A stretch of 64,000 bases of DNA. Origin: Octopus sinensis. Its lineage: Eukaryota. Below are positions 24,297 through 37,224 of the stretch, one piece after another. The notes beneath the pieces are model-generated. The model searched no databases. It was given only the letters and a program-made list of their open reading frames with translations, and had not been told where the DNA came from. The stretch covers positions 16,864,001 through 16,928,000 of the forward strand of contig NC_043020.1 in NCBI RefSeq assembly GCF_006345805.1, given 5' to 3'. Positions within the stretch are counted from its first letter, which is position 1, and the number at the start of each line of letters is the position of its first letter. The position numbers and the translations under genes are program-made.

Positions 24297-24530
24297 TTCC
24301 ATTTTGTACATCTTTCATTCTTCCTTTCTCTTTCTGTTTAATTCATTCATTCTGTATATGTTTCATTATTCCATTCTGTACATAATTTATCCATCCATTC
24401 TGTACAATTTTTATTCTGTATATGTCTCATTCATCCATCCTGTATATCATTCATTCATCCATTCTGTACATCTTTCATTCTTCCATTCTGTACATCATTC
24501 ATTCATCCATTCTGTACAACTTTCATTCTT
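24297..24530 (+). repeat. Degenerate TCAT/CCAT-rich tandem repeat (unit about 25 nt, tcattcatccattctgtaca)
   Basis: Read directly; starts about 16 nt after the donor at 24281. Confidence 0.8.
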
Positions 24531-25027
24531 TCTGCTGACACATCACAGCTGTATATTCACAAATATATCAGAGGAAAATTATAACAAAATAAAAATTTTA
24601 TAGCTATTTATGTACCATATTTCATGTAAATACATTAATACTGTACAAATAATATCTCTTATGGACATGCCAAGTTTAAAAATACAAAATATACCAGAGG
24701 GGGATGAAAATAATCTCAGCAGCAACTAGCAAGAATACCAAATGCATTTCAGCTTTGTTGGGCCTTGTCAGCGTCATATACTCACAGACAGTCACATACA
24801 TAAGTGGGATTCATCACCTCCAATATATAGGAAATAGGGAATAAACTTTCACTGATATTGCAAATAGCTGTCCCACTGAATAGAAATCCATTATATGCAA
24901 TAGGAGCAGTATTAAATTTAAATAATCATTTATGTATTATACTTGATGTATACACATTGTTTAAAGGCAATTTACTGTGGTATTCATCTAGAGATAACAT
25001 CTCCTATGAACCTCACACACAATATAG

Positions 25028-25410
25028 TGGAGGCGCAATGGCCCAGTGGTTAGGGCAGCGGACTCGCGGTCGTAGGATTGCGGTTTCGATTCCCAGACTG
25101 GGCATTGTGAGTGTTTATTGAGCGAAAACACCTAAAAGCTCCACGAGGCTCTGGCAGGGATGGTGGTGATCCCTGCTGTACTCTTTCACCACAACTTTCT
25201 CTCACTCTTACTTCCTGTTTCTGTTGTACCTGTATTTCAAAGGGCCGGCCTTGTCACTCTCTGTGTCACGCTGAATATCCCCGAGAACTACGTTAAGGGT
25301 ACATGTGTCTGTGGAGTGCTCAGCCACTTACACATTAATTTCACAAGCAGGCTGTTCCGTTGATCGGATCAACCGGAACCCTCATCGTCGTAACCGACGG
25401 AGTGCTTCCA
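25028..25410 (+). mobile_element. tRNA-derived SINE, family E (head ggaggcgcaatggcccagtggttagggcagcggactcg...ggtttcgattccc)
   Basis: Clear A and B boxes followed by a non-tRNA body; no matching acceptor stem, so not a tRNA gene. Confidence 0.75.
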
Positions 25411-25672
25411 TCCACACACAATATACAAGCAGTGTTAAATTGGAAGGGTTATTAGACTATGGTATAGGAAGTATTTGTTCTGGATTTCTGTATTCTGAGT
25501 TCAAATCTCACCAGGGTCAACATGACTAAATAAAATACCTGCATTCTCTCCTGCCTACTTTACTTACTTTCCATTAACTTCACACCAAAGAAGAATTCTT
25601 TCATTTTTAATATGAAATAACTACATTGCTGTTTCTCTTTCTTTTTCTTTTTTCTTTTCTATATTCCCACAG

Positions 25673-25768
25673 AGTTGCACGAACTTTCTGCTTCAGCAAC
25701 AATGGCCATGCTATGTATCTTTGTACGCCTACAGAACTTCAAAAAGTTACTTATTCTGCTGAAATGAG
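25673..25768 (+). CDS. STXBP5: Tomosyn exon: (R)VARTFCFSNNGHAMYLCTPTELQKVTYSAEM
   Basis: Long pyrimidine tract with cccacag acceptor, AG|gtaagt donor; phase 2-2. Matches IARTFCFTNNGQALYLVSPTEIQRLTYS. Confidence 0.96.
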
Positions 25769-27186
25769 GTAAGTCAATTCAAACTATTCTCCTTTAACCC
25801 TTTAGTGTTCAGATTATTCAATCAAACATAATGCCTATTGATTCCCATTGATTTGAATTAATCATGCATTATCTCATATCTTCAAGATCTTGATGGTGTA
25901 ATTACCATAATGTAGAATAACATTGTAGGGTAGGTGTGAGGGCCTGGATCTGGTCAGTTTGAACATAAAACAGATTAGCTATTTTGGCCGGATATGGCTG
26001 GTTTAAATACTAAAGGGTTAATGATTAAATTCTACCAAAGGGTCTATTTTTTTATGAACAATCAGTGGAAATTATATAATTGTGACACTGTTGTTAGAAG
26101 ATTTTAAATTTTGACTTCAATGTCGGTAAACTTTTGAAATGTAAGCACTAAAATTTTGAAATCATTGCCAAAGGAAGTTTTTAAATATTTGTACTTTTTT
26201 TGTGATTGTTAGTTGTTACCAAACTACCACACAAATCTGAATAATTTTCATCGATGTATTATGTATAGAAACATGGTTAGTAATGTGTGAAACTCTGTGA
26301 ATTGAGTACTGTCAACTGGAATATGGTCAGTAAAAATTTTTTAGAAAATGTCTAGCTTCAACTACCGTATTTGAATCTTTTCTGTAAGATTTCACTTTTG
26401 TCATCCTTCTTGGAGAAACTTTGGAATAAATTGGAGTTAATTCATATGACTATAATCTTCTCTGGAAAATTGGCTTCTAAACTAATCATAAAAATGTTTG
26501 TTGTGAGATGAACTGACCAAACTGTGAAACCATTTGTATACATTTCACTGCTTTCCCTAAAAAAAGAGCTCCCTGGACAAAGACATTTAACTCTACTTAA
26601 AGTTTTGTCTGATTAAAAAAATTAACATTTCAAATAATTAGCTGCTGTACTTAAAACTCTTTGTGTCAATGTGACTGTGACAATAAAGATATTAATGAAA
26701 CATTAAATGCAATCCATCTTTCTTTGCTTGCATAAAGTTGGTGGAGTCGCTTTTTGTTCAGTCTGACAGTGAAGTATGCTGAGTTACTCCCCTTGTATAT
26801 GAGAACCAGGACGCAATGCAATGGCTGTTATAAAGTTTGAGTTCTTGATAGCATTATTTCCACTACCAAACAATTCAGCTGTGGGTGAGATAAGAGAATA
26901 TTCTGTTACTCAGAACAGACAGGGTCAAGCAGTTATGTCCCTTAACTGTGTCTATTGTAATGACAACTACAAAACTTTAGTATTTTTAATCCTTTAGCAT
27001 TCAAATTACTTTGGCAAATGTAATGCTTATTTATTCGCATTCTCTCATAGCTTCAAGATTTCAGTGGTGAGTTTGCTTATTTTTTTGAATGACATCATAG
27101 GGTAGTGTGTGAAACCAGATCAGGTCCATTTGAGCATATAACAGGTAAAGTATATAAGGGCCAAATATGACCAGTTTAAATGTTAA

Positions 27187-27406
27187 CCCTTTCGTTACTG
27201 TATTTATTTTGAGATGCTCTGTATTTCTTTCAATTACTTTAAATATAACAAAGAATTTAGTAAAATAACTTATTTATCATTCAGCTAGTGTTAGAAACAT
27301 AAATTGTGACTAAGGTTTGGTGGAAAATTTTAATTCAAAACTTATAAAAACAAGATATTTGTACTCAGATCCAGAGCCGGTTTCAGCCAGGTTGGTAACG
27401 AAAGGG
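27187..27406. mobile_element. piggyBac-type MITE of about 220 bp, nested in the TIR of another MITE
   Basis: TTAA|CCCTTTCGTTAC...GTAACGAAAGGG|TTAA. Sibling copies at 62140-62337 and 63724-63943. Confidence 0.88.
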
Positions 27407-27492
27407 TTAAAGGGTTATTTGCAGCTGTTGATAGTTAAAAATTGATATCAATGAATTAATCAGTTCAGTTTGTGTTTCTTTCATTCTTTCAG

Positions 27493-27617
27493 ACAAAATC
27501 TTAATGAAATGCTTGGTGATCTTTTCCTGCCATGTGAAACTCCAGAAGCACCTAAACAAGGATTTTTCAAAAATCTGTTTGGTGGTGGTAGTGTTACTGT
27601 TGACAGAGAAGAATTAT
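27493..27617 (+). CDS. STXBP5: Tomosyn exon: (R)QNLNEMLGDLFLPCETPEAPKQGFFKNLFGGGSVTVDREEL(F)
   Basis: ctttcag acceptor and T|gtaagt donor; phase 2-1. Matches NLQEMLGELFTPVETPEAPNRGFFKGLFGGG...DREELF. Confidence 0.97.
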
Positions 27618-27915
27618 GTAAGTAGTTCACTACACTCTTCTTCAAAATAAATCCATCATCATCATCATCATATCATCATTATCATCATCGTCATTATTAT
27701 GAAGGCAGTGAGATGGCAGAAGCATTAGCATGCCGGGCAAAATGCCTAGTTACATTTCATCCGTCTCCACGTTCTGAGTTCAAATTCTGCCAAGATCAAC
27801 TTTACCTTTCATTCTTTTGAGGCCAATAAAATGAGTACCAGATAAACACTGGGGTCCATGTAATTGACTGGTCCCCTCTCCCCAAATTTCAGGCCTTGTG
27901 CCTTTAGTAGAAAAG

Positions 27916-27952
<37 letters not shown>

Positions 27953-28196
27953 GAAAGGATTATCATTATTAAGGCAGTGAGTCTACAGAATCATTTGCAT
28001 GCCAGGCAAAATGCTTAGTAGCATTTTGTCCATCTCTGTGTTCTGAGTTCAAATTCTGCTGAGGTTGAATTCACTTTCCATCATTTCTGGTTCAATGAAA
28101 TAAGTACCAGTTGTGTATTGGAGTCGAGGTAATCGACTTAACCCCTTGCCTGAAACTGCTGGCCTTGTGCCAAAATTTGAAACCATTATTATTATT

Positions 28197-28229
<33 letters not shown>

Positions 28230-29334
28230 GAATGCAGTTGAGTGGCAGAAACAAGAAAATAAAGCATGCATAGGGATTTTATAGGGTTCATTCATAAGTT
28301 TAACCAAAGCTACATTAAGGTGTGAGCTCACAGGGCATTTACTTCAGTGCCCAATTCTGCTCTATGTATGTTGCTTGCTATCAATAAATAAATTTTATTT
28401 GACCCAGTGCAGTGATTTGCCCAGGGCTTATAATACTGCTAAGGTGGCCCTGAATATAACAACAAAAATTCGATACTTGTCTTCAAAATAAGTTATTATT
28501 TTCATTATCATCATCATCATTATTATTATTATTATTATTATAGAAGGTGGTGAGCTGGCAGAACTATCGGCATGCCAGGCAAAATATTTAGCAGTGTTTC
28601 GTCCGACTTTATGTTCTGAGCTCAAATAATGCCATCAGGGTCGACTTTGCCTTTCATCCTTTCAGGGTCAATAATTAAAGTACCAGTGAAACAATGGGAT
28701 CGATGTAATCGACTAAACCCCCCCTCACCCAAAATTTCAGGCCTTGTAACTATATTAGAAGGGATTATTACCTCTGCCTTAGCAAAGATGGAGGTATTGT
28801 TTTCAGTTGTATTTGTTTGTCCATGGACAAGATGGATTTGAATGAAACTTTTGGAGATGTTTGGCCTCATGATTGGCACAAACTGATTAGATTTTGGAAT
28901 CAATCTGGTACCAGACAACGATTCTGGATTATTTTTCCTGTTTTTTCACTTAATTTTTAAGAGCAGTCAGGTTCATTTTTAGTATTCTCATTTCTGAGAG
29001 TAATCAAGTTTATTTCAGATATTCTCATTTTAAAAATCATCTCCAGCTAATCGTTGACATGACATTGGTGTTGCCTTGACAGAGGTTTGTACTCTGTGAG
29101 TGTCCTTATTATTATTATTATGGATCTGGACTGAATCCAAGTAGCAAAAACAGGAATATAAAGTATATATATATAGGGTTCATTCATACATGTAACAACA
29201 AAAATTTGCTGTATATAATTTTCCTTAATTTTTTCTTTTTAGCATCAGGGAAAATGGGAAAATAGATCTTTAGTGGCTCTTGCTGGTGTTATAAATGTAA
29301 AGTAGTTCTACAGCATGTGGTTTAAGAGTCTATC

Positions 29335-29693
29335 TATGTATCCGCTCAGTCGAAGTCGACTCTCAGTTACCCGTTGGATCAGTGTCCTCCAGTCAGTTCT
29401 ATCCTGGGCTGCTTCTTTTAGATTGGCTATGTCCATTCCAGTATCACTCTTGATGGTGTCAAGCCAGCGGGTTCTTGGTCGGCCTCTTCCTCTCTTGCCA
29501 CTGACCATTCCAAGCATGATGTCCTTCTCCAGGGATTTTCTCTGCATAACATGACCGAAATATGCCAATCTATGCTTGGTGATCCTAGCTTCTAGCGACA
29601 TTTTCGGCCTGATCTGCTTAAGAACTTCTCCATTGGTGAGCCTCGCTGTCCATGGAATCCGTAAAAGTCTTCTCCAACACCAAAGCTCGAATG
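29335..29693 (-). mobile_element. RTE (BovB-like) LINE ORF2 C-terminal fragment
   Basis: FELWCWRRLLRIPWTAR...LAYFGHVMQRKSLEKDIMLGMVSGKRGRGRPRTRWLD. Confidence 0.9.
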
Positions 29694-30592
29694 GTTTAAG
29701 AGTACAGGTTAAATATAGAATACAAACATGGAAAATTCTATATATTTATTTGCAACCATAGAAGTTTAAACATAAAAGTGTGGACATGTTCATCGATAAG
29801 TCATTTAGATAATGGATGTTGCCGAAATGTTATGGACAATGTACAGAGATATTTTCATGTTTTCTTGCCAATGTAATTATTTGCATTGCTATTTCAATGT
29901 TTGCAAATAAATATATGGTTAACATATGAAGAAAAGTCAGTCAAGTGAGTGTGTGTGTGTGTTTAACCCTTTAGCATTCAGATTATTCTGTTAAATTTAA
30001 TATTTATTTATTCCCATTGTGTCAAATTAATTATACTTTTTCTCATGGCTTTGAGATTTTGATGTTGTAATTGTATATTTTCAGAATTACATTGTAGGGT
30101 AGGTGTAAGAGGCTAGATCTCGACAGCTTGAGCATAAAACAGAATATTTGGCTGGATGTGGCTAGTTTAATTAAATGTTATACAGTTAATGGTTAAATTA
30201 ATGTTGAGGTTGTGCTGAGATAAAAATTAACTGTTATCAAGAGAACTAATGTGAGCAAAATAAACCCTGACGTGTGATTGCTGTCAGATAAAATGTTAGA
30301 AACTGGGGAAGACTTGCTTGTGTCAAATAAATGCTGTCAACCCCAAAACAAAAGGATGAGTAAAGTTTTCACATGTGTTTATAGGGAGATTAGGCTTCAT
30401 AGATTACTCATCTCTGATTGGTCAAAACTACACACATGACAAGAAGGAATTAAAATATCAGTAGTCAAAGTGATGTCACTATACATGCAACCAAATGCTG
30501 CAAGTTATGCAGTCTAGCACACAGCTAAGTTCAAATGTCACCTGCATAACCTTAGTCTCTCATTCTTCAAACTTTGGTTAAATAAGTTCCAG

Positions 30593-30985
30593 GTGCAGGG
30601 GTGGCTGTGTGGTAAGTAGCTTGCTAACCAATCACATGGTTCCGGGTTCAGTCCCACTGCGTGGAATCTTGGGCAAGTGTCTTCTGCTATAGCTCTGGGT
30701 CAACCAATGCCTTGTGAGTGGATTTGGTAGACGGAAACTGAAAGAAGCCTGTCGTATATATGTATATAAATATATGTATGTGTTTGTCCCCCTAGCATTG
30801 CTTGACAACCGATGCTGGTGTGTTTACGTCCCCGTCACTTAGTGGTTCAGCAAAAGAGACCGATAAAATAAGTACTGGGCTTATAAAGAATAATTCACAG
30901 GGTCGATTTGCTCAACTAAAGGCGGTGCTCCAGCATGGCCGCAGTCAAATGACTGAAACAAGTAAAAGAGAGTAAAGAGAGAGAG
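30593..30985 (+). mobile_element. SINE family B
   Basis: Head, body and tail present. Confidence 0.88.
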
Positions 30986-32199
30986 TAAAGTCAGACACCA
31001 TTACTTCAACTAAATCCCTTTTTTGTAAATGTATGTATGGGTGTCATTCTTATAAGCCATTATCATTAGATAGCTGCAACCTCAGTGGGTAACAAAAGTT
31101 TGTTTCTTTTTTCGCCCCCAACATGCAAACAGTAAAAAGAACGATGATAGTAAAATACGGAGCATTAGATGTGAAGATCTGTTGAAACTAAGAAAGGCAG
31201 ACTGGAAAAAAGTCTGCTAATTGGTAATGGAGCATTGAATGTAGAAAAGCTGTGGGAACTGCAAATGGAGGTAGACCAAAGTATGTATAAGAAGTGTAAT
31301 ACTATTCCAGGGTCTCAAATCTTTTTGACTTTGTGGTGAAATGGAGATGAAACAAAAAATTAGACACTTTTCTATGGAAAGTTAAAATTACAGGTGTACT
31401 TTATATTGAAATATTTTTAAAACTATATTTTGAAATTGAAAGTTTAGGGGGGAAAATGCAGAAATCTATTGTTTATTTTGTTTTATTTATCATACTTGTG
31501 TGTGACTAAATTATAAATGAGGGTTTTTTTTGTTTTGTTTTTTTTTCATGATTTTCAAGCATTGATATAGATTTTCTAAAGCCTTGAAGTTTATTTTTAA
31601 AAATCTGCAATACACTGGATACTCTTTGTGGTATACCCGTGTTTGATGGTATACAAGTGGTACAAAAGTAAAATACCCAGTACACTGTAATGTGGTTGGT
31701 ATATGGAAAGGCATCCAGCCATAGAAACCATGCCAAAGCTGACATTGGAACTCAGCACAGCCCTACAGCTTGCATAGATCCTGTCAAACTATGCAACCCA
31801 TGTCAGTATGGAAAAAACAGATCTTAACTGATGATGATGATGATAATGATAATGATGATGATGATGGCGCATGGAACTTTGAATGTACGAAATCTGGGAG
31901 GGGGGTGTGATTCAAGTGTGATTTGTTGAAGATAGTAGTAACTTTCACAGAGTCTGGAATACTGATGCTTTGAGAAAGTGATTGAACCTTAAGGACGACA
32001 TCGACTTAAAGACAACAAAATGGTGTGCTAAATGCCAGGCATTAGTGATAGAGAAACATATAAGATGATGTAGTAAGTTTAGATCTCAAGATCTTGGGCC
32101 TCAGACAAGATGAGATAGAATTTAGTAGAGGGGCAATATGCAGTGCATATATTTTATGACGTTGTATTGTTCAAATATTTTCATCATCTCAAATTTCAG

Positions 32200-32321
32200 T
32201 CGGTGAGACCAGTGGAAAAGCTGCAAAAGGTATGGCCAAATTTATTGCTGGCTCTGGCGGTATGCATCATCTCACAGCCCAGTCTACATCAGTTGGCGGT
32301 GAAGTGGCTCGAACAAAACAG
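32200..32321 (+). CDS. STXBP5: Tomosyn exon: (F)GETSGKAAKGMAKFIAGSGGMHHLTAQSTSVGGEVARTKQ
   Basis: tttcag acceptor and CAG|gttact donor; phase 1-0. Matches FGESSSGKASRSLAQHIPG...GELARAR. Confidence 0.9.
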
Positions 32322-33220
32322 GTTACTATCTTTCCACTTTTCAACATTTCTTCCTTTTCTCTGCATTTGTATCTGCTCTTTTATCAGCATTTCTCATTAT
32401 CTCACTAATTAATAAACAGGATGGCCCCTGAGAAAAAAAAAACATTTGTAGTATTAATTTACATTCCATTATATTCTGAGTTCAAATACTATCAAAAGGA
32501 TAAGAAGCAAAATTGACTTTGGCAGGATTTGAACCCAGCTTCTCTTTTGATCATGTCAGAGCCTTTAACCTTTTAGTATTCAGATTACTCTGTCAAATAC
32601 AATGCTTGTTTATTCATATTATTTCGAATTAATCATACATCTCTTAGCTTTGAGATTCTGAGTATGTGATTGCTTATTTTTAGATTAACATTGTAAGGTA
32701 GGTATAAAAGGCTAAACCTGGCTGATTTGAATGTAAAACAGATATAATATTTGGGCCAGATAAAGGGTAAAGACCCCACTTTGGTCATGAATGACCATGG
32801 AATTGCACCTAGAAAGTTCTCCTCTGAGGCACAATTCCAGGCAATGTTGTTTATGGAAGACCAGCAGTCACCCATACATACCAGCTTCCCCTTTCCATGC
32901 CACCAATGTAATCCAAGGAAAAGACAAATACTGATACAGCTTGGCACCAGAGACATCACAACTCATTTCTACAGCTGAGTGAACTTGGGCAACTTGAAAT
33001 AAAGTGTCTTGCTCAAGAGCACAACACACAGCCTGGTCCAGGAATCAAACTCACTACCTCATGATTGTGAACCCAATGCTTTAACTGCTGAGCCATGCAC
33101 CAAAGGGTTAAAATAAAATACCAGTCAAGTACTGGAGTTATCAACAATATAATAATCAATTCAACTACTTATTCCTGTCCTGCGCAAATTTGTGATAGTT
33201 TTGTGTTGGTGTAAAAATTT

Positions 33221-33969
33221 GATATAAAAATTATGATGGACAAAAAAGGGTCAGGTGTGGTGAGAAGTTTGCTTTCAACTACATGGTTCTGGATCCAGTC
33301 CCCCTGTGACACCTTGGGCAGGTATCTTCTGCCATAGCCCTGGGTCAACCAAAGCCTCGTGAGTGGTTTTGATTAAAAGTTATGATGGACAAAAAAGGGT
33401 CAGGTGTGGTGAGAAGTTTGCTTTCAACTACATGGTTCTGGATCCAGTCCCCCTGTGACACCTTGGGCAGGTATCTTCTGCCATAGCCCTGGGTCAACCA
33501 AAGCCTCGTGAGTGGTTTTGATTAAAAATTATGTTGGACAAAAAAGGGTCAGGTGTGGTGAGAAGTTTGCTTTCAACTACATGGTTCTGGATCCAGTCCC
33601 CCTGTGACACCTTGGGCAGGTATCTTCTGCCATAGCCCTGGGTCAACCAAAGCCACGTGAGTGGTTTTGATTAAAAATTATGTTGGACAAAAAAGGGTCA
33701 GGTGTGGTGAGAAGTTTGCTTTCAACTACATGGTTCTGGATCCAGTCCCCCTGTGACACCTTGGGCAGGTATCTTCTGCCATAGCCCTGGGTCAACCAAA
33801 GCCTCGTGAGTGGTTTTGATTAAAAATTATGTTGGACAAAAAAGGGTCAGGTGTGGTGAGAAGTTTGCTTTCAACTACATGGTTCTGGATCCAGTCCCCC
33901 TGTGACACCTTGGGCAGGTATCTTCTGCTATAGCCCTGGGCCAACCAAAGCCTCGTGAGTGGTTTTGAT
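33221..33969 (+). repeat. 5 x 149-bp tandem array of a family B SINE head plus 5' flank
   Basis: aaaaaagggtcagg recurs at 33242, 33391, 33540, 33689 and 33838. The SINE body continues to about 34230. Confidence 0.95.
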
Positions 33970-34432
33970 AGGCAGAAACTGAAAGAAGCAGAAGTCCATC
34001 ATGTGTGTGTGTGTCTCTTTGTGTTTGTCCTCCACTACCACTTGACAACTGGTGTTAGTTTGTTTACATCTCCATAACTTAGTACTTCAGTATAAGAGAC
34101 TAATAGAATAAGTACCTGGCTTAACAAAAAAATAGATAAGTACTGGGGGTGGTCAATCCATTTGACTAAAATCCTTCAAGGCAGTGATCCAGGATGGCCA
34201 CGGTCCAATGACTGTAAGAAGTAAAAGATAATACTGGATTCACGTTTGTGAGTTTTCTTTAATGCCTCATTATTTACATTACTAATTATCAAATCACAAA
34301 GAAATGAAAGACACAACCTTTATTTTACTTTACAAGTAATTTGCCACAGAAAATTTCTAAACTAATTTAATCTCACAGATTTCTAAGACTTTTTTTTTCT
34401 TTAGGATAATTAACAGACAATACTTTTATATA

Positions 34433-34532
<100 letters not shown>

Positions 34533-34544
34533 TTCTGCATACTC

Positions 34545-34954
34545 TTTCTCTTTTACTCTTTTACTTGTTTCAGTCATTTGACTGCGGCCATGCTGGAGCA
34601 CCGCCTTTAGTCGAGCAAATCAACCCCGGGACTTATTCTTTGTAAGCCCAGTACTTATTCTATCGGTCTCTTTTACCGAACCGCTAAGTGACGGGGACGT
34701 AAGCACACCAGCATCGGTTGTCAAGCAATGCTAGGGGGACAAACAGACATACAAACATACACACACATACATATATATATTACATATATACGACAGGCTT
34801 CTTTCAGTTTCTGTCTACCAAATCCACTCACAAGGCATTGGTCGGCCTGAGGCTATAGCAGAAGACACTTGCCCAAGATGCCACGCAGTGGGACTGGACC
34901 CGGAATCATGTGGCTGGTAAGCAAGCTACTTACCACACAGCCACTCCTGTGCCT
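34545..34954 (-). mobile_element. SINE family B
   Basis: Near full length; its tail merges with (TC)n at 34435-34530. Confidence 0.9.
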
Positions 34955-35135
34955 ATCTTTCTATATAACAAAACAGCAAAGTGGAAATGGTTTTAGTATC
35001 ATTTATTCTCCATTACATTTATTTCAAGTTATATAGATATGTAAAACTTTGTAATTCCTATTAGCAAATAAAATATGTGCAATAGAGGACAAAATAATAC
35101 CAAAATATTTCCACTTTCCTGTTATGCTATACAAT

Positions 35136-35508
35136 AGGCGCAGGAGTGGCTGTGTGGTAAGTAGCTTGCTAACCAACCACATGGTTCCGGGTTCAGTCCC
35201 ACTGCGTGGCATCTTGGGCAAGTGTCTTCTGCTATAGCCCCGGGCTGACCAATGCCTTGTGAGTAGATTTGGTAGACGGAAACTGAAAGAAGCCTGTCGT
35301 ATATATATATGTATGTGTGTGTTTGTGTGTCTGTGTTTGTCCCCCTAGCATTGCTTGACAACCGATGCTGGTGTGTTTACGTCCCCGTTCAAAAGAGACC
35401 GATAGAATAAGTACTGGGCTTACAAAGAATAAGTCATGGGGTCGATTTGCTCAACTAAAGGCGGTGTTCCAGCATGGCCACAGTCAATTGACTGAAACAA
35501 GTAAAAGA
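35136..35508 (+). mobile_element. SINE family B
   Basis: Near full length, inverted relative to 34545-34954. Confidence 0.9.
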
Positions 35509-35509
35509 C

Positions 35510-37224
35510 AGACAAAATACCGATAAGCATTTCGCCTGGCATGCTAACGTTTCTGCCAGTTTGCCGCCTTACGTAGCGGCAGACAAAATACCGATAAGCA
35601 TTTCGCCTGGCATGCTAACGTTTCTGCCAGTACGCCGCCTTACATAGCGGCAGACAAAATACCGATAAGCATTTCGCCTGGCATGCTAACGTTTCTGCCA
35701 GTACGCCGCCTTACATAGCGGCAGACAAAATACCGATAAGCATTTCACCTGGCATGCTAACGTTTCTGCCAGTACGCCGCCTTACATAGCGGCAGACAAA
35801 ATACCGATAAGCATTTCGCCTGGCATGCTAACGTTTCTGCCAGTACGCCGCCTTACATAGCGGCAGACAAAATACCGATAAGCATTTCGCCTGGCATGCT
35901 AACGTTTCTGCCAGTACGCCGCCTTACATAGCGGCAGACAAAATACCGATAAGCATTTCGCCCGGCGTGCTAACGTTTCTGCCAGTTTGCCACCTTACGT
36001 AGCGGCAGACAAAATACCGCTAAGCATTTCGCCTGGCATGCTAACATTTCTGCCAGATCTCCACCTTACATAGCGGCAGACAAAATACCGCTAAGCATTT
36101 CGCCTGGCATGCTAACGTTTCTGCCAGTTTGCCACCTTACGTAGCGGCAGACAAAATACCGATAAGCATTTCGCCTGGCATGCTAACATTTCTGCCAGTT
36201 TGCCGCCTTACGTAGCGGCAGACAAAATACCGCTAAGCATTTCGCCTGGCATGCTAACGTTTCTGCCAGTTTGCCGCCTTACGTAGCGGCAGACAAAATA
36301 CCGCTAAGCATTTCGCCTGGCTTGCTAACGTTTCTGCCAGTTTGCCGCCTTACGTAGCGGCAGACAAAATACCGCTAAGCATTTCGCCTGGCATGCTAAC
36401 GTTTCTGCCAGTTTGCCGCCTTACGTAGCGGCAGACAAAATACCGCTAAGCATTTCGCCTGGCTTGCTAACGTTTCTGCCAGTTTGCCGCCTTACGTAGC
36501 GGCAGACAAAATACCGCTAAGCATTTCGCCCGGCATGCTAACGTTTCTGCCAGTTTGTCGCCTTACGTAGCGGCAGACAAAATACCGCTAAGCATTTCGC
36601 CTGGCATGCTAACGTTTCTGCCAGTTTGCCGCCTTACGTAGCGGCAGACAAAATGCCACTAAGCATTTCGCCCGGCATGCTAACATTTCTGCCAGTTCGC
36701 CGCCTTACGTAGCGGCAGACAAAATACCACTAAGCATTTCGCCTGGCATGCTAACGTTTCTGCCAGTTTGCCGCCTTACGTAGCAGCAGACAAAATACCG
36801 CTAAGCATTTCGCCTGGCATGCTAACGTTTCTGCCAGTTTGCCACCTTACGTAGCGGCAGACAAAATACCGATAAGCATTTCGCCCAGCATGTTAACATT
36901 TCTGCCAGTTTGCCGCCTTATGTAGCGGCAGACAAAATACCGCTAAGCATTTCGCCAGGCATGCTAACGTTTCTGCCAGTTTGCCGCCTTACGTAGCGGC
37001 AGACAAAATACCGCTAAGCATTTCGCCAGGCATGCTAACGTTTCTGCCAGTTTTCCGCCTTACGTAGCGGCAGACAAAATACCGCTAAGCATTTCGTCCG
37101 GCATGCTAACGTTTCTGCCAGTTTGCCGCCTTACGTAGCGGCAGACAAAATACCGCTAAGCATTTCGCCTGGCATGCTAACGTTTCTGCCAGTTTGCCGC
37201 CTTACGTAGCAGCAGACAAAATAC
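35510..37224 (-). repeat. 24 x 71-bp satellite made of the family A SINE tRNA-like head
   Basis: agacaaaatac at 35510, 35581, 35652 ... 37214 (1704/71 = 24). Abuts a full family A SINE at 37225-37459 (-). Confidence 0.97.

Noticed and set aside
25028-25100. tRNA gene
   Set aside because: A and B boxes are present but there is no acceptor stem or terminator, and it continues into a SINE body.
35510-37224. CRISPR-like array (also 33221-33969)
   Set aside because: Units are contiguous with no unique spacers, derive from SINEs and lie in a eukaryotic intron.
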